A stretch of DNA of 64,000 bases. It comes from Lingula anatina. Taxonomy: Eukaryota > Animalia > Brachiopoda. The position numbers and the translations under genes are program-made. The stretch is from assembly GCA_051362555.1 (NCBI GenBank), contig CM120645.1, positions 10,478,001 to 10,542,000 of the forward strand, read 5' to 3'. Shown piece by piece: positions 39,201-51,344 of the stretch. The notes under the pieces were generated by a model that saw only the letters and a list, made by a program, of their open reading frames with translations, searched no databases and had not been told where the DNA came from. How positions within the stretch are numbered: position 1 is the stretch's first letter; every line of letters starts with the position of its first letter.

Positions 39201-41037
39201 ATTCACTGTTCTTCCGAATTCTTGCCTTGATAAACAATATGCTCACAGCAAAAATGATTGACTAAGTACAGATATATTAATTCTTCTGTAATATTACCGT
39301 AAAATTGTAATTAGGATGTTCAATTTCATTTTGCAACGATAAATTAGTCCTGGTGGCAACGTCGCAGTTGCAATTGCTGGGGTTATTTTCCTCATGGAGG
39401 TCGGGTAAAAGTATTTGAAATTCTTTATAAAATGATCCATCTTAATCAAAATCATTCAGTGTGTAAATAATTGCAAGTGTAGCGAAATGTCGAACAAGAG
39501 GGTTTGGTATTTAGTGAATAATTTTAATAATGTCATGCTACACAGGAATTACAGTCAACTACTCCGCCGGCGGGACATTAGCGCTTGCGACATTTTGGCA
39601 CACGGTTACTCATAAGAACTTGATTTGATGAAAACATTACCAGACAGACAAAACTCATACCCAGCAATATAGTCTTAATGGTTTTCTATAGTTTTCCTCG
39701 GCAAATGTCTCCCAAGAGGACAAGAAATTTGAGAGTCGATTTCAAGTAGGAAGTTATTTCCATGTGTTTTCGCCAAAAAGTGTAGGCAGAGGTCGACATA
39801 AAAGTACTAGCGAAAGGAAGAAGATAATATATATATATATATATAATCATGCTTTTTTCTTTTCACCTTTTTCTAAATGTAAACCCCCTTAAAAAAAAAC
39901 CCCAATGTGTTATAGTTGACAAATAACAGCATCTACTATCCACGTCATGTAACACGCACCACACAAAATAAACGCACTCATGCATTTTTGTAAAAATGGA
40001 CGGTTAGGGTGCCATTAATCCCAAATGGAAGGTAAGAATATAGTTTTTGTTAGTAGTCATCTGGTGTAAATTCCTTTTGTGTAGAGTGAAAAATGTCCAC
40101 ATGGCACGAGACACGTGTATCTGTTTATTGGTTGATTTCACGACAAAATTAAATGACGCGGATATTAGCTGCAAATTGTAATTTGTCAATTTGCCAAATG
40201 TAACGTGATGGGATTTGTTTGAAGAGGGTTCACATTTAGAAAAATGTGAACTAGTGCTCAAAGAGATGGCCTGTTGAGGAACTATTTAATATTTCATTGA
40301 CAAAGTCAGGTTGGGGTTTATTATAGATCACGCGAAAGATGATTTAACTAAGATGGGTAAACGAATGATGCACAAGGAGAGAAAGGGTTACATACTTGTT
40401 AATGTGAGCAAATAAGCGTTTGAAATTCCAACTTGCCGTCGTAACTGTGCAACAGCGTTCTAGGAGGGCATGAGGAAAGTAAAGTAAAACATCGGTTCAT
40501 TTCTCTCTGAGATCACATTAGTTCATTTTTCATTATTATTTCAAAAAAGTAAATGGAGTAGCCAAAGCTAAAAAGCAGCTCAGTCTTTCCATATTTTATA
40601 CAAGAATCCGATTGTATCCCAATAGAGAAATTAAATGGAAAATAGAACAGGAAATGGGCACAGTTTTTCCTCACAGTATATCTAAAAAAAAATTCAAAAA
40701 AGTACGTTAACAAAATAATACTGTAATTTTATATTAAAATATACGAACAGATCCTCATGAAGGCTTTGTTATTTTAGATTTGGGGATAGAAAATATGAGA
40801 TTTACTATAGCAAATATCTATATGCGCTAATTGAATGAGGGTGGTCCATATGCTTCCTCAAATGCAATTTCTAGATTAAATTGAAAATATACCTAATAGA
40901 AATTAAGTTAACGGAGGGAAATTCAATTTGGTTTTTAACAACGATAACGGCAAGCGAGGTGGGAATCATACATGAATCAACTAAGACCATTTTCAAATCA
41001 GGTGAAAATTTAACTTCTCGGGTGACACCAAAAGATA

Positions 41038-41208
41038 CAGTCTGGTCTGGGCCCCGCAACTCGAAAGCATCGCGCATTGCGACCTAGCGCAAGCGTCTCG
41101 ATTTCATAACTCGCCCATACTCGCCCTATATAATACACTGTAGCCTCTATGTGATATCGGTATTCGCAATGCGCGATGCTTTCGAGTTACGGGGCCCAGA
41201 CCAGACTG
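41038..41208. mobile_element. Hairpin MITE with ~45-bp near-perfect TIR (Academ-like YAGTCTGG termini)
   Basis: CAGTCTGGTCTGGGCCCCGCAACTCGAAAGCATCGCGCATTGCGA ... TCGCAATGCGCGATGCTTTCGAGTTACGGGGCCCAGACCAGACTG. Confidence 0.82.
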
Positions 41209-41296
41209 GTACTCGCAAGTGCAACAGCCACTACTGAAAGTTTAAGGAAAGTTTATGAAAGCGCTGGCTCAAAGCTGGCATTTGTGAATTACTTGG

Positions 41297-41334
<38 letters not shown>

Positions 41335-44300
41335 TCCAAAATAACTTGTTTATTGTCTGTTGATTATTATCGCCTCATGTCAGTTCAGTAATGAAATTAC
41401 TCAAGTATTACGTAAGAGTAGAATACGTTCATTAACATTATTACTGGAAAAGCAAAGCAGCAATGGTTTGAATAGATGTATGACTGCATGGTGCACGTGT
41501 AATTGAAAAAAATAATTTATAAAGGATACGAATGATGCATGGAATCATGTTAAGTGATTTAATTCAAACTTTTCACAAACACCTTTCGCTAAAAATACCG
41601 TGCAACTGGCCAAATTGCAATTTTAGTATTATGTGTAAGAATAGCTGTTAAGTAAGATAAGCTAATAAAGAAGAAACAAAACCGTCATATTTCATTACAA
41701 TAAATTTGTAAAATGGAAAACTACTTTTCCGCCCAGTACAATGAACTTTTGGAAGCAGAAAAAAAGTATTAGGAGTGCTAGAATAAAAAGACGTTGGCAT
41801 AATAATTTTTCTCTGTTGTAACAGAACAACATTCCAAAACCTTTTAAAAAGAAACCCTCGAAGAAGCGATTATACAGTCAGTAAATTTGAAGGAATAAGA
41901 CAAATTGAATACGGTATTGTCTTTAGCCATAAAAGTTTCTTTCATTGAAGGAAATCGGGTTGAATTAGATAAAACAGAAACAGTTATATCTTTATATTAG
42001 GTGATATTGTTGTTGCCAAAAGGATCACGTAACTATGGATCTTTATATTAAGCGTTGAATATCCATGGTTGTTTGCTAATTAGTTTATTTCTGTCTGATT
42101 TGTCTGCCATGGGCCCGATTATCGTCGTGAAATAATGTTTATATCCAGACAATTTAGTCAGCCATCACGTACAGGCAAATAGCACTCTTTCGTTTCCTTT
42201 CATTATGCTATAATGATAGCCCTTATTAAAACGTAAATAGACTCGTCTGGTCTACCTTAAGCCCTTCAGTTCCTTTGTATGTTCTCATCAGTAAGACCAA
42301 GTAAGAGCACTGTGGTCTTTACATAAGACAAGTCCCAGGGGATTTTTTTTTTAATTTTTTTTTTTTTTTTGTAGAGTAAACTTTTCTTAAATTTAAGACA
42401 ATGTCCGTTTTTGAAAAGGAGCGTTTCGCTTTTTCCTGGGTGATAAATGGCGATTTTTTTCTGTGTTTACTTAACTGCATGCTGTAATGAGCTTTCATTA
42501 CGTTTGCTAATAATGTCTCACAGAGTCGTAAAGCTCAAAACTGATGCCTTGCTTCTTTAAAGACCTATGTGATTACAGAGCTCTTTGTTGTCGGTGCTCG
42601 TTTTTTAAAAGATTATATTTTGTTCTTTGTCGATTACATTCGCACACTGATTTAAAACTCATTATGTTATAACATTATTTTATAACATAAAAATCCCAAA
42701 GTTTACACAGACAGTTCAAAATCAACGTTAAATCAACGTTATTCTTTACCTCTTGTACATCATATAGATGGGTGGCGTGCGCGAAACCGGATATTGATTC
42801 CATATATCCTCTTTTACTTTACAGGAACACCTTTAGAGCACCCTGATGTCGCCAGAGGCTAATCACTCTCACCTCTGTTCTTACGATAACATTAACGCAA
42901 CAGGTGACCACTTTTGAAAAAAAAACATGAAATCCTTCAGAATTGTTTTTCAATATATCCAACCGCTTCGCTATCGTTAGGAGCTTTCTTACATGTATGT
43001 GTACTTGTTCTTGATACCCCTTCCTCACCCCCCTACAACAACAGAAAAAGCTCAAAATGTTCAGATATCATAAACAATCCATCACAAAAGTTGCCCAGTT
43101 TAGGTAAAATAGCCCATTTACATTTATAGCTCTAATGTCTGAGTCTGAAATCTCGAAGGGGGCTGATCGGTAATGTTGATTTAACAAAGCTTGAGCACGT
43201 AAGTCCAAATAAGTCATAATGTGACTTATAACATGTAACGAGAAGGTATAATGGGTTTCGTAATTGTGACTTTTCCTCGAGGAATAATGTCACTGTAAAG
43301 CGTATGGTCCACTAATGAATTCAAATGTCAACAAGATTGATGGCGCGTCCTGTTGAGCCTCTGGTACCTGTCCCCGAGGCCGCTTTTAACGAACTAAGTG
43401 TCTTGTCTCAGTTTTGCTGGCACGCAATGGGCTTTAACACAAGTAGGCAGCGTTTAATCAGGGACAATTTAGGCGCGTTATTGAACTTATCGAGTGGGAG
43501 CTTTACCGAATGACAGCCACACATCATCTAGATGTCGAGTGCTCTTTATCAGGGGCACAGGGAGAAATTTTTTCACTAGATATTCGCTAACGTTTCTCCA
43601 GCTTATTTTCTTCACATTTCAGAAATGACTTTATTAACCCGGCTGACTTATTGAAGAGAAAACGAGTACGTGTAGATGTGAACGTGTGAGACACACAGGA
43701 ATTCACAGTTTCTACCATGTATAACAATGTACTTGAGATAAATATTGTCTTCGTTGTCGGAATATCGATCGTTTTATAATTGGCTTCAAGGTCAAATCAA
43801 GGTCAACTCAAATCAACATTGTGTCAATAGGTAAAGAATAATTATATTGGTATTCAGTCTGGAAGTCGTCTACCTTGTTAGTTTTCCTTATGTAACTGAG
43901 TTGGGGAATATCAGTTTACAGTTTTCGCCTAACGAAGGATGAGACTAAGGATAATATCTAGTAAGTCGATCAGAGTTTATTTGATAATGCAAAACATTTT
44001 CCAAGAATGGAAATGCTGGAGATAGCATTACAAAAGATCCATGTCATCCTGTGTCTGTATTCTAGTTTAGTTAACTTTGGCTGACACATACATGTACTGT
44101 TAGAGAGGGCAAGAAGGAGGTGGGGAGCTGTTGTGCGAAAAACCCTCGTCTAACTCCCTTGGACATATCTTTCGACACTTTTTCAGACACACAGGCATCA
44201 TAGTTTCTTAAAAACATCATTATGATATGTATCCAGAAAAAATGTAATAAATCTATACTCAGTATAAAAATGAGACGGATATAAAACGCTGAACCGCATA

Positions 44301-44521
44301 CTTTTGGATGTCTTTGGTTGATTTGAGGCGTTAATTTTCATTTATTTTCATTATTTTTTGCATTTCCATTATAGGTTGAGTAAGATTATAAATAAAAGTA
44401 ATTAAAATTGAAATAATATCATGTTGACTTATTGTTCTTAAGCAATTTGCTCACTTTACTTTGCTATAACGTTTCACAGTTTAGATAAAGACAAGCTATA
44501 ATTAAAATTGTTCATGGCGAG

Positions 44522-45481
44522 TTACAAAATGGCAGTTCTGTGGCGATGCTCACGGTATAGTCGAAGAATGAATTTCCCGGCTGCGGTGTTTCTCCTACGC
44601 TTCACCTCGTCATAGTATTGTGCGGGTATGGTGCCCTTTTCGAATGCCATGAACTTTTCATTCATCTCGGGTGGAAGAACGAGAGGGTACGATAAAGCGG
44701 CAAAAGCGATATCCGCCCCAGATATCTCCGGGGTATCACAAATGTTCTTCCTTCCGTCGGCCAACAAGCGTTCGACTTTGTCCCAGACCTCATTCACAAT
44801 TGTTTGGTTTTTGCGAAAGAAGTCCGCAGATTTTATGTTGACAAACCTAGTGAAGATGAATTCGACACTGGGCCATAAGAGACCTACGCAGGCGGCCTGC
44901 CATTTCGGTACTCCCTTCTGAAACACCTCTCGTAAACGATGCTTACCCAGGGAATCGCCGTAGAGATAACAGTAAACAATACAAAACGCAGCGTGGCCAT
45001 AGCCAAATGCTTCAGAAAAACGAGCATCCATTTCAACAGCCTCTTCACACGGGAAAATCCAGTCTTTTTCAAACTTTTTCAGATTTCTCTCTTTTAAAAA
45101 ACGCATGATGTCTGTCGATTGTGGAAGAACTGTATTCTGCGATGTTATCATAACGGGCGTACTGCTGTTCTTGCCCGTGTGCCACAAGGTAATATTATGA
45201 AATATGGGGATGTACCCCTTCTCTTCTACAGGTACTCCAGACAGCTGGCATGCCCAGTTCACTTTCTCACAGAAATGAGAGTACGGCAATGTAATCAGAA
45301 TGGGCTTGCTTCTGTCACCTGCGTACATGGTGTTGAAACACTTCGAAAGAAGTCGCCCAGCGGTGGGAAAAGCTCTGTAGAACGCATTCACAGCAATTGC
45401 GGCGACCCTCCATCCAATGCTCGCAACTAACACAACGGGGATCAGCGCAACCCCGCACACCCGTGAGACCGAGTTGGCCAT
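44522..45481 (-). CDS. Glutathione S-transferase family protein (GST N-terminal thioredoxin-like plus C-terminal helical domain) with a hydrophobic N-terminal extension; single coding exon
   Basis: Intact 319-aa ORF. Motifs: ILITLPYSHFCEKVNWA (GST-N active-site region), STPVM...LPQSTDIMRFL (cis-Pro and xS motif), ISGADIAFAAL (N-capping box), AGKFILRLYREHR. A splice acceptor TTCTTTTCAG lies just upstream of the ATG. Confidence 0.88.
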   Translation of the reverse strand: MANSVSRVCGVALIPVVLVASIGWRVAAIAVNAFYRAFPTAGRLLSKCFNTMYAGDRSKPILITLPYSHFCEKVNWACQLSGVPVEEKGYIPIFHNITLWHTGKNSSTPVMITSQNTVLPQSTDIMRFLKERNLKKFEKDWIFPCEEAVEMDARFSEAFGYGHAAFCIVYCYLYGDSLGKHRLREVFQKGVPKWQAACVGLLWPSVEFIFTRFVNIKSADFFRKNQTIVNEVWDKVERLLADGRKNICDTPEISGADIAFAALSYPLVLPPEMNEKFMAFEKGTIPAQYYDEVKRRRNTAAGKFILRLYREHRHRTAIL

Positions 45482-46507
45482 TAAGATAGCTGAAAAGAAA
45501 CGGACATAAATGGCATCATTTTGATAATGTTGACCCCGGCCCTATTTATTTTCAAGATAAAGCGTTTGAAATTATTTATTATGCGGATTACAAGTAATAC
45601 ATTACGCTGTTATCTTAAAACACGAACGATGTACATGTACAACGTTTGACTCCGTTTGATATTTAAGCAACCAATACAACCAAATTCAAAAACGGGGCTT
45701 TCCGAACGCTCGAATGAATAAATAAGACCTTGCATAAAAAAAATAAAAAAAAATAATCAAAAAAGTAAAAAAATAAATAATAAAAAATAATAATAATCAA
45801 AACAATTTTCTACACGAACATAAGCCTACTGTATATATTATTGCCGTAGTTTCTTCGTGGTTTACTTATTAACAAGAGTTGGTTAGATAAGAAGTCGGAG
45901 GCAGTTGAAGTGTCCTTTTTTCGACCTATCCTCCCCCTAACGCCACGCCACCATAGTGTAAATAAATTATAATATACACACACTCTTTGTGGTTGAACCC
46001 AAAGCAAATGAAACAGCAAACCGATTATAAAAGACAATTTAAGTAGTAAAAAGCGGATTGTTAGTTCGGCAATCTCATAAAAAAAGAGTTGTCTTTCCTT
46101 TTTTTGTTGGTGAGTGTCACTGAATTATAAAAAAACGCCCATAATAATAAGAAAAAAACAGTGATTTTATTTTTCAGTCATCCCCTAAATTGTTGTTTAT
46201 TTTTAATACACTCTTGCCCAAAATGGTTGGTACACGGAAAGTTTGGGATGCATATCACCCTGTTTCTTTCATTATTATTGATATTATCAAATTAATACTG
46301 CTTATATTGTTAAATATGTGAAGCTGGAGGATTGGTAAAGTCAAGGAGACACAAACAAAGCAAATGTGAAAAAAAGAGTTAATTTATTTAGGTTTTTTTT
46401 TTCTCATGCCCCCCAAAAGAGTGCTTTTTTACATAACAGTACCAAGTGAAAAATTAAACATAAATTTATACTGTGATTGACAATTAATATGAAATTAGGG
46501 GAAATCG

Positions 46508-47014
46508 TCAAGAAACATCTTCAGAGTTCATTATTAATCTAAATAGCGGGTATGCCCACCCCGAGCTTGGATAATGGCCTCCAGACGGCGTGGCGTACTG
46601 TGAACTAGAGTTACAGCGCTTTGGAGAGGGATTCTGGTCCATCCATCTTGAAATGTCATCTCGCAGTTCATTTAGATTTGTAGGGGGAGGGTTTCTCCTC
46701 TGAATAGCACAACCAAGTTCGTCCCAAATGTGCTCAATTGGGTTTGTATCTGGGCTTCTTGCTGGCTGTGGCATCAGCTGAATGTTGTTTTGTCGGATAT
46801 AGACTGCAATTAAGCAGGCTGTGTGGGGAGTTGGGTTGTCATGTTGCAATCTAAAATTGTCTCTGTATATCCCTCTTCCGAACGGCTCCAGGTTCTGCTG
46901 GAGAATGTCTCTGTATCTGGCAGCGTTAAGGTTTTCGTCCAGAGGAAGCAATGGGCAAATACCGTTGCTGGAAATGGCACCCCAAACATGTACAGAACCA
47001 CCTCCTCCAGCTAT
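46508..47014 (-). pseudogene. Tc1 transposase C-terminal DDE fragment (left arm; frameshifted)
   Basis: GGGSVHVWGAI...LQHDNPTPH...PARSPDTNPIEHIWDEL, with 34 residues between D and E (DD34E). Confidence 0.9.
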
Positions 47015-47549
47015 GAGAGTGCGTAGGCACCCTGGGGAGAGGCTATTAACTGAAAATATTCAGGAAACAATAGCTGGAGGAGGTGGTTCTGTACATGTTT
47101 GGGGTGCCATTTGCAGCAACGGTATTTGCCCATTGCCTCCTTTGGATGAAAACCTTAACGCTGCCAGATACAGAGACATTCTCCAGTAGAACCTGGAGCC
47201 GTTCGGAAGAGGGATATACAGAGACAATTTTAGATTGCAACATGACAACCCAACTCCCCACAAAGCCCGCTTAATTGCAGACTATATGCGACAAAACAAC
47301 ATTCAGCTGATGCCACAGCCAGCAAGAAGCCGAGATGCAAACCCAATTGAGCACATGTGGGACGAACTTGGTCGTGCTATTCAGAGGAGAAACCCTTCCC
47401 CTGCAAATCTAGATGAACTGCGAGATGCCCTTGAAGATGAATGGACCAGAATTCCTTTCCAAAAAGGTGTAACTCTAGTTCACATTATGTCACGCCGTCT
47501 GGCGGCCATTATCCAAGCTCGGGGTGGGCATACCCGCTATTTAGATTAA
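47013..47549 (+). pseudogene. Tc1 transposase C-terminal DDE fragment (right arm; premature stop at 47187-47189)
   Basis: RVRRHPGERL...QETIAGGGGSVHVWGAI...QHDNPTPHKA...NPIEHMWDELGR...RRLAAIIQARGGHTRY. Confidence 0.92.
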
Positions 47550-48527
47550 TAATGAACTCTGAAGATGTTTCTTGTCAATTTCCCCTAATTTCATATTAAT
47601 TGTAAATCACAGTATAAATTTATGTTTAATTTTTCACTTGGTACTGTTATGTAAAAAAAGTACTCTTTTGGGGGCATAAGAAAAAAAACCTAAATAAATT
47701 AACACTTTTTTCACATGTGCATTGTTTGTTTCTCCTTGACTTTACCAATCCTCCAGCTTCACATATTTAACAATATAAACAGTATTGATTTGATAATATC
47801 AATAAAAATGAAAGAAAAAGGGCGATGTGCATCCCAAACTTTCCGTGTACCAACCATTTTGGGCAAGAGTGTATATCCAAGTGTCTTGTCTGTCTAGAGC
47901 ATCTCCGTCAGGAATATTGAACATAGAAAACTAAGAAATACCCATGGTAAGTCAATGACAATTAATTTATCTAGACTTGTTGTAAAGAGTCACTGGCGGT
48001 GCAAACGTAATTATAGCTTCCCGAGAGTTCCAAACGATCTCGTAGTATTTCACCCTCAAATGAAACGGAGTTCTTGTTCTCCAGAAAGAAGCTGGCTGAA
48101 GGCTCTATAGATAGTCACTGTTAAATGCTTGTAAGACTTACAACTTACAACTGTAAAAAGGGTTTATGAATAATAATTTAGTTAACATGCTGATTAAGAG
48201 AATTGTCGTCACATTTTGGGGGAATTTAGTTTTTGCTACATTTGCTACAGTGTGTTGAACGCCTATTAAATGGAGAGCCACCTCGCGAGATTATATATAT
48301 TTACCATAAGTAATGGACTAAAAATGAATAATTACTGTACCCTTCACGCTGAATGACGTCCATGCATGAAATGCGTCTGACCGCGTATGTGCATATACTG
48401 TACTGTAGTGCATTGATCTAATCTAGCCTTCGATGATATTTGAGTGTATATGGCAGCTTCTCTCAAGAAATATTTTTTAGAAAAAAAAAACAATTTCTTG
48501 AAAATTCAAACTCTTACTCATTCATGT

Positions 48528-48773
48528 CAGGGTGTCAGGGGGATCCTGACCCCCCTTTCGATTTCAGACAAAAATCACACCAATGGTCCACTCTTGAAAT
48601 TAAAATTTTGACAAGCTGAAAGATAGTTCAAAACCAAATGGCACCGTTCGCCCTCTAAAATACCAAAAAAATTTGGACCCTTTACTGGGCTCCGAACCCC
48701 ACGCCAAGGGTGGAGGGAGGGTCGGCTTCGCATCTGCAGACCACCCCTTGAAATAATCCTGGATCCGCCCCTG
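48528..48773 (-). mobile_element. hAT-like MITE, family B copy 1
   Basis: The reverse complement begins CAGGGGCGGATCCAGGATTATTTCAAGGGG; homologous to the 49269 and 62933 copies. Confidence 0.8.
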
Positions 48774-49268
48774 CATTTGATTTTGTATCAAACGAATCTC
48801 TCCCCTTGGCCATTGAAGACGTTAGATAATGTACTAGTATACACTGTGCATCTTACCTACCAGCGTTGTCTCAACACGTAAGAATCTACACAACATAGCA
48901 CTTGATCCAGACAAATCTTAATTTATCATACCGGTACCTCGAAATATGCAACTGAATTTGCTCAATCTTCATTAGTTCTAAAGCTGAACATGTACGTGGT
49001 TACCTACCTTTGAAAGTCTTATTAGACTCACGCAATCCCTTACAGGTAAGAGGGAGTATTACATCAATATGTACACTGAATTATCGGTCTCCTAACCCAA
49101 ATTGATATAGTGGTACTATTAATTCAACATAGACATTTACACAAAGCTAAAAAGTGTATCAAAGAGGCGTGTAACAGGGATCATAGTCTTATTAGGCCTA
49201 CTCTTCACAGGCGCATATTCTGATCCCGCTGACATTCTCTTGTATTAGTTATATAGGATCTCGGACTA

Positions 49269-49518
49269 CATGGGGGCGGATCCAGGATTATTTGAAGGGG
49301 GGTCCGCGGATGTGAAGCCTACTCTCACCTCCCAGACCCCTGTCGTGGGGTTCGGGGCCTACAGAAGGGCTCCGCAAAATTGTTGATATTTTAGAGTGAG
49401 AACGGTTTAGGACTATGATTCAGCTAGTCAAAATTCTAATTTTAAGAGGGGATCATTGGTGTGATTTTTTTTTCAGAAGTCGACCCGCCGTGGCCCCCCT
49501 CGCAAAAACCCTCCACTG
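49269..49518 (+). mobile_element. hAT-like MITE, family B copy 2
   Basis: GGGGCGGATCCAGGATTATTTGAAGGGGG...ACTATGATTCAGCTAG..AAAATTCTAAT...CCACTG. Confidence 0.8.
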
Positions 49519-51213
49519 GCCCTTCACCTTATTTCCCCACCACTGTCTAATACCACTGGTCAAAAATCTGACCCCCACGGGTCACTGAGGCACTGGCCCA
49601 TATATTACAGTATTGAGTAAAAGACATTTATTAAACCATGCTGCACTGCTAAATTACAACTTATTTTAATCCGTAAAGCACTGTTCATAGAAAATCGCAG
49701 GGGAAGTCTAAACGCATTATAACAAAAAGTTTTTTTTTTGTTTTGTTTACATTACTGCGACGTAGTAACCCCAATATTTGATGAATAACTTCCCTTTAAA
49801 AGGCGAGCTTTTTTACAGTCGCTGCAAGCACACACCTCAACAAAAAACGGCGTGCCCTTTGACACCCTTTCTCGAAGCTGTGTATCTAGTAGAAGTACGT
49901 GCATTTCTCGTTTACCTGAAAAGGTAAGCCATGAACCTACCAGTGCCTACTAGACTGATTTATTTTGAGGGGTACAATGGCTGAAAATGTTTGCCGTGTA
50001 AGACAAGACAAAATAACACTATATGATTATTCTTCATCACAGCCCTTCCAGCGGATTAAAGCATCTCATATATAAATATATATCCAGAAACGTTAAAGCT
50101 GAGTCAGTTTAATGGGTTTTTCGGTGAAATGCGACTCCTTTCTCTAAGCAGACGGACAATGTCACACAAGGCACCATTGCTGTCATGCCAAAATGACATG
50201 ACCCCACTCCGAACTGAAACATTCAGTTAAGGTAGGCATATTTAATTAAATTGTTAATTTAAGTCATACTCAAAAGACCACGTACGTTTTAACTCCCAGA
50301 CAGAACTGCTGTAGTTGCGCACTACCTTGCACATTCAGATTGCAATTGTTGTGCTCTTTTTAAATGATGACTTTAAAAAAGACTTAAAGAGATAACAACT
50401 TTGGTAAAAAAAACTATTTTCCTTGGGTAAACGACGATTTTCTCATACTTACCAAAGGTTAATGAATGCATTCCAGTATTCAAAGTTAGTACATGTTCTT
50501 CCTATAAGTTTGGGTTTTTTTAACATGTAAAATTTCCTAAGAGATTATTACGTAGGTACAGCCATCTGTGAAGGCATTTGTGGTCTGATGGCAAGCACAG
50601 ATTCCAGAAGAATCACGTTAATCGTTGTTTAGGTGGTAAAATGGAATTCATTATATTTCTTGGGTTGTTTACAATGTATTTATTGTGAAATATGAATGTC
50701 AGCTGTTTTCTCTTTAAGCGGAAGTACTTTTATAGAAAGAAATGGTGAACAGCGGTGATAAAATAAACATTTTGTCAGCCTAATGACCAATTAGCACGAA
50801 ATTTCTTGCATTAGCCCTCCTGTTACCAATCTCTGATATTTACCATACACTAACGAACAGCACATATCAAGAAACGTCCCAAGTATGAAAAGGCGCGCTA
50901 AGAGACTGATGTGCTCCTTTTTTTTACATCGAATTCCTTACAAAGACTTGGCGGCTGTAGGATAAAATGATTAATAATTGACTGTTTTTTTTTGGTAAAT
51001 AACTTCAGCATCACCGCGATAAACCAGGTCAATACTACAGTACATACCGGTCTTCATGTGACTATAAGTACTACTGGGTCTGTTTGCTGTGCCATATTTG
51101 TTATTCTTTTTTATTGTCATTTCTAGGTCACGCCGAGGAGACGCTCAGTAACATAGACGCATACCTTTGACACAGTAAAGTAGATCTGGCAAATTAAAGA
51201 GAGAGAGAGAGAT

Positions 51214-51344
51214 ATGGAAACAAGTCCAGAACATCTGTCGCTGATAATTGCCCCTCCAGTGGCGGGAGGGGTCGTACTGGCTGTCGTGGTTGTCGTTATT
51301 GTTTTTTGCAGGCGGCGGTGTAGAAAGCAGGATATAGACAGGAG
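51214..51344 (+). CDS. Tyrosine-rich single-pass transmembrane adaptor-like protein, coding exon 1 (short N-terminus, TM, CRRRC)
   Basis: Translation: METSPEHLSLIIAPPVAGGVVLAVVVVVIVFCRRRCRKQDIDR. Acceptor TTTCTAG ends at 51126, an in-frame TAG sits upstream at 51181, and the donor is AG|GTAAGA (phase 2). Confidence 0.8.

Larger units (their letters stand above)
46209..47871. mobile_element. Fold-back (palindromic) Tc1/mariner derivative: two inverted copies of the transposon 3' half, flanked by TA
   Basis: TA|CACTCTTGCCCAAAATGGTTGGTACAC ... GTGTACCAACCATTTTGGGCAAGAGTG|TA. Arms 46209-47014 and 47070-47871 are reverse complements along their whole length, around a 55-bp spacer. Confidence 0.95.

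Noticed and set aside
44628-45430. Plus-strand ORFs overlapping the GST
   Set aside because: These are antisense shadows of the real CDS.
46209-47871. Autonomous Tc1 element
   Set aside because: It lacks the N-terminal DNA-binding domain and the first catalytic Asp, and both arms are disrupted.
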